Shown here piece by piece: positions 55,640 through 58,368 of a DNA stretch of 58,368 nt; the first letter of the stretch is position 1, and each line of letters starts with the position of its first letter. The translations under genes and the position numbers were made by a program. The notes beneath the pieces are model-generated. The model was not told the DNA's origin, did not search any database, and saw only the letters and a program-made list of their open reading frames with translations. This DNA comes from a virus (taxonomy: Duplodnaviria > Caudoviricetes): the IMG/VR virus record IMGVR_UViG_3300049259_000040, positions 1 to 58,368 of that record. The stretch is one strand, 5' to 3'.

Positions 55640-55688
55640 CCGCGTGATGCGGCGCTAGAAGTAGAAGTTCAACGAACGGGGAAACAAC

Positions 55689-56045
55689 ATGTTGGGATTT
55701 TTGCTCGGATGGACAGCGCGAGGCGCTGCCGAAGACGTGGCCGATGAAGTTGCAGACGCTGTAGGCAAGGGCACGCGCGCTATAGACAAGGCTGGCCGTG
55801 CAGCGGCTGGCAAGATTGCCGAGGTCACGGGCTTGTCCTGCCCGAAGACGCTCGGGCCTCACTACTATCCGGAGTGGGATGAGAGCGTGAGTCCGCCGAC
55901 CAAGACGTGCCGCGATTGCGGGTACGTCGTGGAAATGACCGAGGGTAGCGCGACATGGAATCGCTACGTCGCTTCACACTCCGCTGACCCGGAGGAATAC
56001 GCTGAGCGCGACGAGCCGTCGCTCTTCACCAGGCTGTTCGGGTGA
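55689..56045 (+). CDS. Small protein with amphipathic termini and Zn ribbon
   Basis: MLGFLLGW... CRDCG ...SLFTRLFG. Confidence 0.7.
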   Translation: MLGFLLGWTARGAAEDVADEVADAVGKGTRAIDKAGRAAAGKIAEVTGLSCPKTLGPHYYPEWDESVSPPTKTCRDCGYVVEMTEGSATWNRYVASHSADPEEYAERDEPSLFTRLFG

Positions 56046-56048
56046 TGC

Positions 56049-56450
56049 ATGTCGCGTCAGCCACAGCTGGTCCGAGAGATCGAGACGCGCAAGCGCATCG
56101 AGGAGACGCACACGCACGAGCGCTTCTTCGAGCAGCCGCGCACGCGCATGGACGTCGGCGTTCACGTCCTGTTCGGCGCTGTCCGTGGGTTCGTTATGTT
56201 CATCGTCGCGACCACGCGCTACCTAGTCTTGCCGGTGGTTGGGTTCACCACGCGCTTCAGCTTGCTTATGGTCGCTGATGTTGCAGTGTTCACGACGGCT
56301 CGCGTGATGCTCAACTTGGAGCGCGCGGCCGACAAGAAGTGGCCATGGCAGCTGCGAATCCTCGACGAGTGGTCGGGTGGCGAGCTGCCAGAGTCGATCG
56401 AAGTAGAGGCGAGGCTGTTGCCCGCAGGAGAGAGCGACGATGACAACTGA
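56049..56450 (+). CDS. Putative membrane protein
   Basis: Hydrophobic central region; coupled to the hydrolase gene. Confidence 0.6.
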   Translation: MSRQPQLVREIETRKRIEETHTHERFFEQPRTRMDVGVHVLFGAVRGFVMFIVATTRYLVLPVVGFTTRFSLLMVADVAVFTTARVMLNLERAADKKWPWQLRILDEWSGGELPESIEVEARLLPAGESDDDN

Positions 56451-56895
56451 CAGAGTAGCGATCACGGAGGCGATTCCACTCTGGTATTCGATCGCGGCAG
56501 CAGAACTCGGCGTGCACGAGCTCGCTGGCGTGACGAACACCGCGCGCATTCTCGAGTACCACGCGACCACGACACTGCACGCGAACGACGATGAGACGTC
56601 CTGGTGCTCTTCATTTTGTAATTGGGCGCTGATGCGCGCTGGCATCCACGGCACGAACAGTGCTGCAGCGCGCTCATGGGCTACGTGGGGCGTTCCATTG
56701 CAGCTTCCGAAGCTCGGGTGCGTCGTGGTGCTCGAACGCCCAGAGGCGGGTCCTAGCGCTGGCCACGTTGGCTTTTTCGTGCGAGCGAGCGAGGACGGCA
56801 AGACGGTTCACCTGCTCGGCGGCAATCAAGCCGGGAAGGTGTGTGGAGCGGACTACCCAGCGGCGCGAGCGATCGCGTACCGCTGGCCGAAGTGA
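56440..56895 (+). CDS. TIGR02594-type NlpC/P60 (CHAP-like) peptidoglycan hydrolase, candidate endolysin
   Basis: ELGV.E, DDETSWCSSF.NW, SAAARSW..WG, GHVGF, LGGNQ, YRWP. Confidence 0.9.
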   Translation: MTTDRVAITEAIPLWYSIAAAELGVHELAGVTNTARILEYHATTTLHANDDETSWCSSFCNWALMRAGIHGTNSAAARSWATWGVPLQLPKLGCVVVLERPEAGPSAGHVGFFVRASEDGKTVHLLGGNQAGKVCGADYPAARAIAYRWPK

Positions 56896-56925
56896 CGTGA
56901 CTAACAACAAGGAACGGGGAAACGT

Positions 56926-56988
56926 ATGACGTTGATTCTAGCAATTGGGTTTCTGGTCTTCTTCGCTGGCGATGGAGACGACGAGTGA
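56926..56988 (+). CDS. 20-aa membrane micropeptide MTLILAIGFLVFFAGDGDDE
   Basis: ATG 2 nt after GAACGGGGAAAC; GTGA coupling to the next gene. Confidence 0.55.
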   Translation: MTLILAIGFLVFFAGDGDDE

Positions 56989-57170
56989 GCTTGAGCGCGA
57001 GCGAGAAGCTCGAGGTGTTGGGCGACATGGTGCACGGGCGCGAGCCTGGGTACATGCGGCGCGACTGGTCACTGACGAACGGGGGCATCGCCGACTCGAT
57101 GCAAGAGGCAACGAACTGCGACCCGAAGCACGGGCTCCTGTGGGAGCTGTTCTTCTGGTGGATGGAGTGA
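56985..57170 (+). CDS. Small protein with aromatic C-terminus
   Basis: Ends GLLWELFFWWME. Confidence 0.6.
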   Translation: MSLSASEKLEVLGDMVHGREPGYMRRDWSLTNGGIADSMQEATNCDPKHGLLWELFFWWME

Positions 57171-57172
57171 GT

Positions 57173-57358
57173 ATGGGCTGGTTGAGCAATCTGTTTGGTG
57201 ATGACGACGACCTGGCCGATCGCATCATCGCGTTGACCAGCCCCGAAGCGCGCGCTGCTGCGGTAGATCGCGCTCGCAATGATCGAGAAGACGACGAGAC
57301 CGACAGGACGGCGATCCGGCAGGTCAACGAGCTGCGCAGCGGCGCCAGGGTCAAGTAG
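57173..57358 (+). CDS. Small protein with N-terminal amphipathic helix
   Basis: MGWLSNLFGDDDD; GGAG RBS. Confidence 0.7.
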   Translation: MGWLSNLFGDDDDLADRIIALTSPEARAAAVDRARNDREDDETDRTAIRQVNELRSGARVK

Positions 57359-57389
57359 CGACACGTCAGTACGAACGGGGAAACAACAC

Positions 57390-57623
57390 ATGGGAATCTG
57401 GAACGCAATATTTGGTGGTGACGACGGCGAGATTGCATCGCTGCGTGGTCGAGTGGAGAAGCACGAAGAGATGTGCGGAGAATACGGCAAGGTCGGCGAG
57501 TACGCGGCGCTGCTGGCCAAAGGCATGCCTGGCGGGTCCGGTATGACGGCTTGGGAAGAGTCGCGCTTCTACAAGCTGCGCGACGAGATCGATCGGTGGA
57601 CGGCGAAAGGCTGCGGGCGCTGA
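57390..57623 (+). CDS. Small protein with N-terminal amphipathic helix
   Basis: MGIWNAIFGGDDGE; motif RBS. Confidence 0.7.
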   Translation: MGIWNAIFGGDDGEIASLRGRVEKHEEMCGEYGKVGEYAALLAKGMPGGSGMTAWEESRFYKLRDEIDRWTAKGCGR

Positions 57624-57624
57624 C

Positions 57625-57912
57625 ATGGCATTCGACATGAAGAGGGTCCGTCGGACATTGGGCACGATCGAGGAAATCAACGCCAACGACGCCGCTACAC
57701 AGGAAGACATCGACGTGATCACCGATCGGCTGAGCGTTCTCAACAGCGAGGCTGACGCGGAGATGCGCCGGCTGGCTGGTCGGCACGACATTGGCGATCC
57801 GCACGAGTTCGCGCTCAAGGTGAAGTCGGGCGAGTACAATCGCGGCAACGGGTACGGCAGTCGCGAGAACATGGATGAAGGCGGCGGGTTCTGGAGCTGG
57901 CTCTTCGGCTGA
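57625..57912 (+). CDS. Small protein with C-terminal amphipathic helix
   Basis: Ends EGGGFWSWLFG. Confidence 0.7.
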   Translation: MAFDMKRVRRTLGTIEEINANDAATQEDIDVITDRLSVLNSEADAEMRRLAGRHDIGDPHEFALKVKSGEYNRGNGYGSRENMDEGGGFWSWLFG

Positions 57913-57914
57913 GC

Positions 57915-58223
57915 ATGCCAGTCGAAGACATCAGGCAGTGCGCAACTTGCAATCGCTCTTACGTTGTCCCGACGCCACCAGCATTGCACTTCGGTCAGTG
58001 CGAGCGGCATCGGGCAGCGTTCCGACTCATGGGTCAGCAGACGCAAAGACGCGTGCACGGTTACTTGCAGCGACTCAGCAGGCGATATCCGGACGGCGTG
58101 TGGAAGCGGCTTCCTGGGTGGCAGTTCGTCGATGAGGCAAACAAGCGATCGTGCACGCTCGATCGACGCACGAAGAAGCTGTACTGGGACGACACGAGAG
58201 AAGTAGTGAGACTCAAGAAGTGA
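57915..58223 (+). CDS. Basic zinc-finger protein
   Basis: CATC...CERH. Confidence 0.6.
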   Translation: MPVEDIRQCATCNRSYVVPTPPALHFGQCERHRAAFRLMGQQTQRRVHGYLQRLSRRYPDGVWKRLPGWQFVDEANKRSCTLDRRTKKLYWDDTREVVRLKK

Positions 58224-58241
58224 CGCAGTCACTAGCGAACG

Positions 58242-58368
58242 GGGAAACAATGGCAGACACGATTACGGTCAGCTTGATCGACGCAGACGCTTGGGAAGAC
58301 GTATCGCCGCGGCAGTTCAAGGCGATCGGCGAGCGCTTCCTGCACGAACGTCAACGGCGAATCGAGGA
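58242..58368 (+). repeat. 127-bp exact terminal overlap with positions 1-127 (circular assembly k-mer overlap)
   Basis: 58242-58368 is identical to 1-127 and cuts through ORF 9..305. Confidence 0.95.

Larger units (their letters stand above)
55015..58248 (+). promoter_or_regulatory. Conserved RBS-position 12-mer GAACGGGGAAAC: plus-strand copies at 55015, 55674, 56912, 57373, 58237; minus-strand copies at 4819-4830, 40777-40788, 48067-48078
   Basis: Eight exact copies read by eye; seven lie 1-5 nt upstream of an ATG. Confidence 0.85.
1..58368. mobile_element. Complete circular temperate phage genome, podovirus-like (Caudoviricetes)
   Basis: Terminase-portal-capsid-tail/ejection module, integrase/xis, CI/Cro and initiator/DnaB all present; no host housekeeping genes; ends overlap exactly. 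Confidence 0.95.

Noticed and set aside
55015-58248. CRISPR array or integron attC cassettes
   Set aside because: The repeat is only 12-14 nt, irregularly spaced by whole genes, and lacks the attC palindrome or cas/intI genes
58242-58368. Biological direct terminal repeat
   Set aside because: Exactly 127 bp and interrupts a gene, which is typical of a k=127 assembler overlap; it shows circularity only
1-58368. tRNA or rRNA genes
   Set aside because: No cloverleaf with a GTTCRA T-loop and CCA was seen in any intergenic gap; tRNAscan-SE would confirm

Overview
This window looks like the complete circular genome (about 58,241 bp plus a 127-bp assembly overlap) of a GC-rich temperate dsDNA phage. 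The architecture is podovirus-like: TerL, portal, scaffold, major capsid, adaptor and nozzle, three large ejection-type proteins, a LamG/repeat fibre, and no tape measure. It also carries a tyrosine integrase/Xis/attP module, a CI/Cro switch, a replication initiator with iterons plus DnaB, a RusA-like nuclease, a Sak4-like AAA ATPase and an HNH nuclease. Accessory genes include a TGT-fold (DpdA-like) transglycosylase, a metacaspase and an NlpC/P60-type cell-wall hydrolase. The host is tentatively Myxococcota (inference). The most unusual content is non-coding. (1) A complete type II hammerhead ribozyme lies between early genes (4833-4883, minus). (2) A ~440-nt region without a credible ORF folds densely, has its own candidate promoter and shows a triple loop-to-strand pseudoknot signature (7012-7450, minus). 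(3) The exact 12-mer GAACGGGGAAAC sits just before seven start codons, and its perfect reverse complement is displayed at the tip of an intergenic hairpin (40718-40866), which suggests a one-sRNA, many-RBS translational control system. (4) Further long structured leaders occur before the capsid gene and after cro. All calls come from reading motifs and base pairing by eye; no searches or folding software were run.
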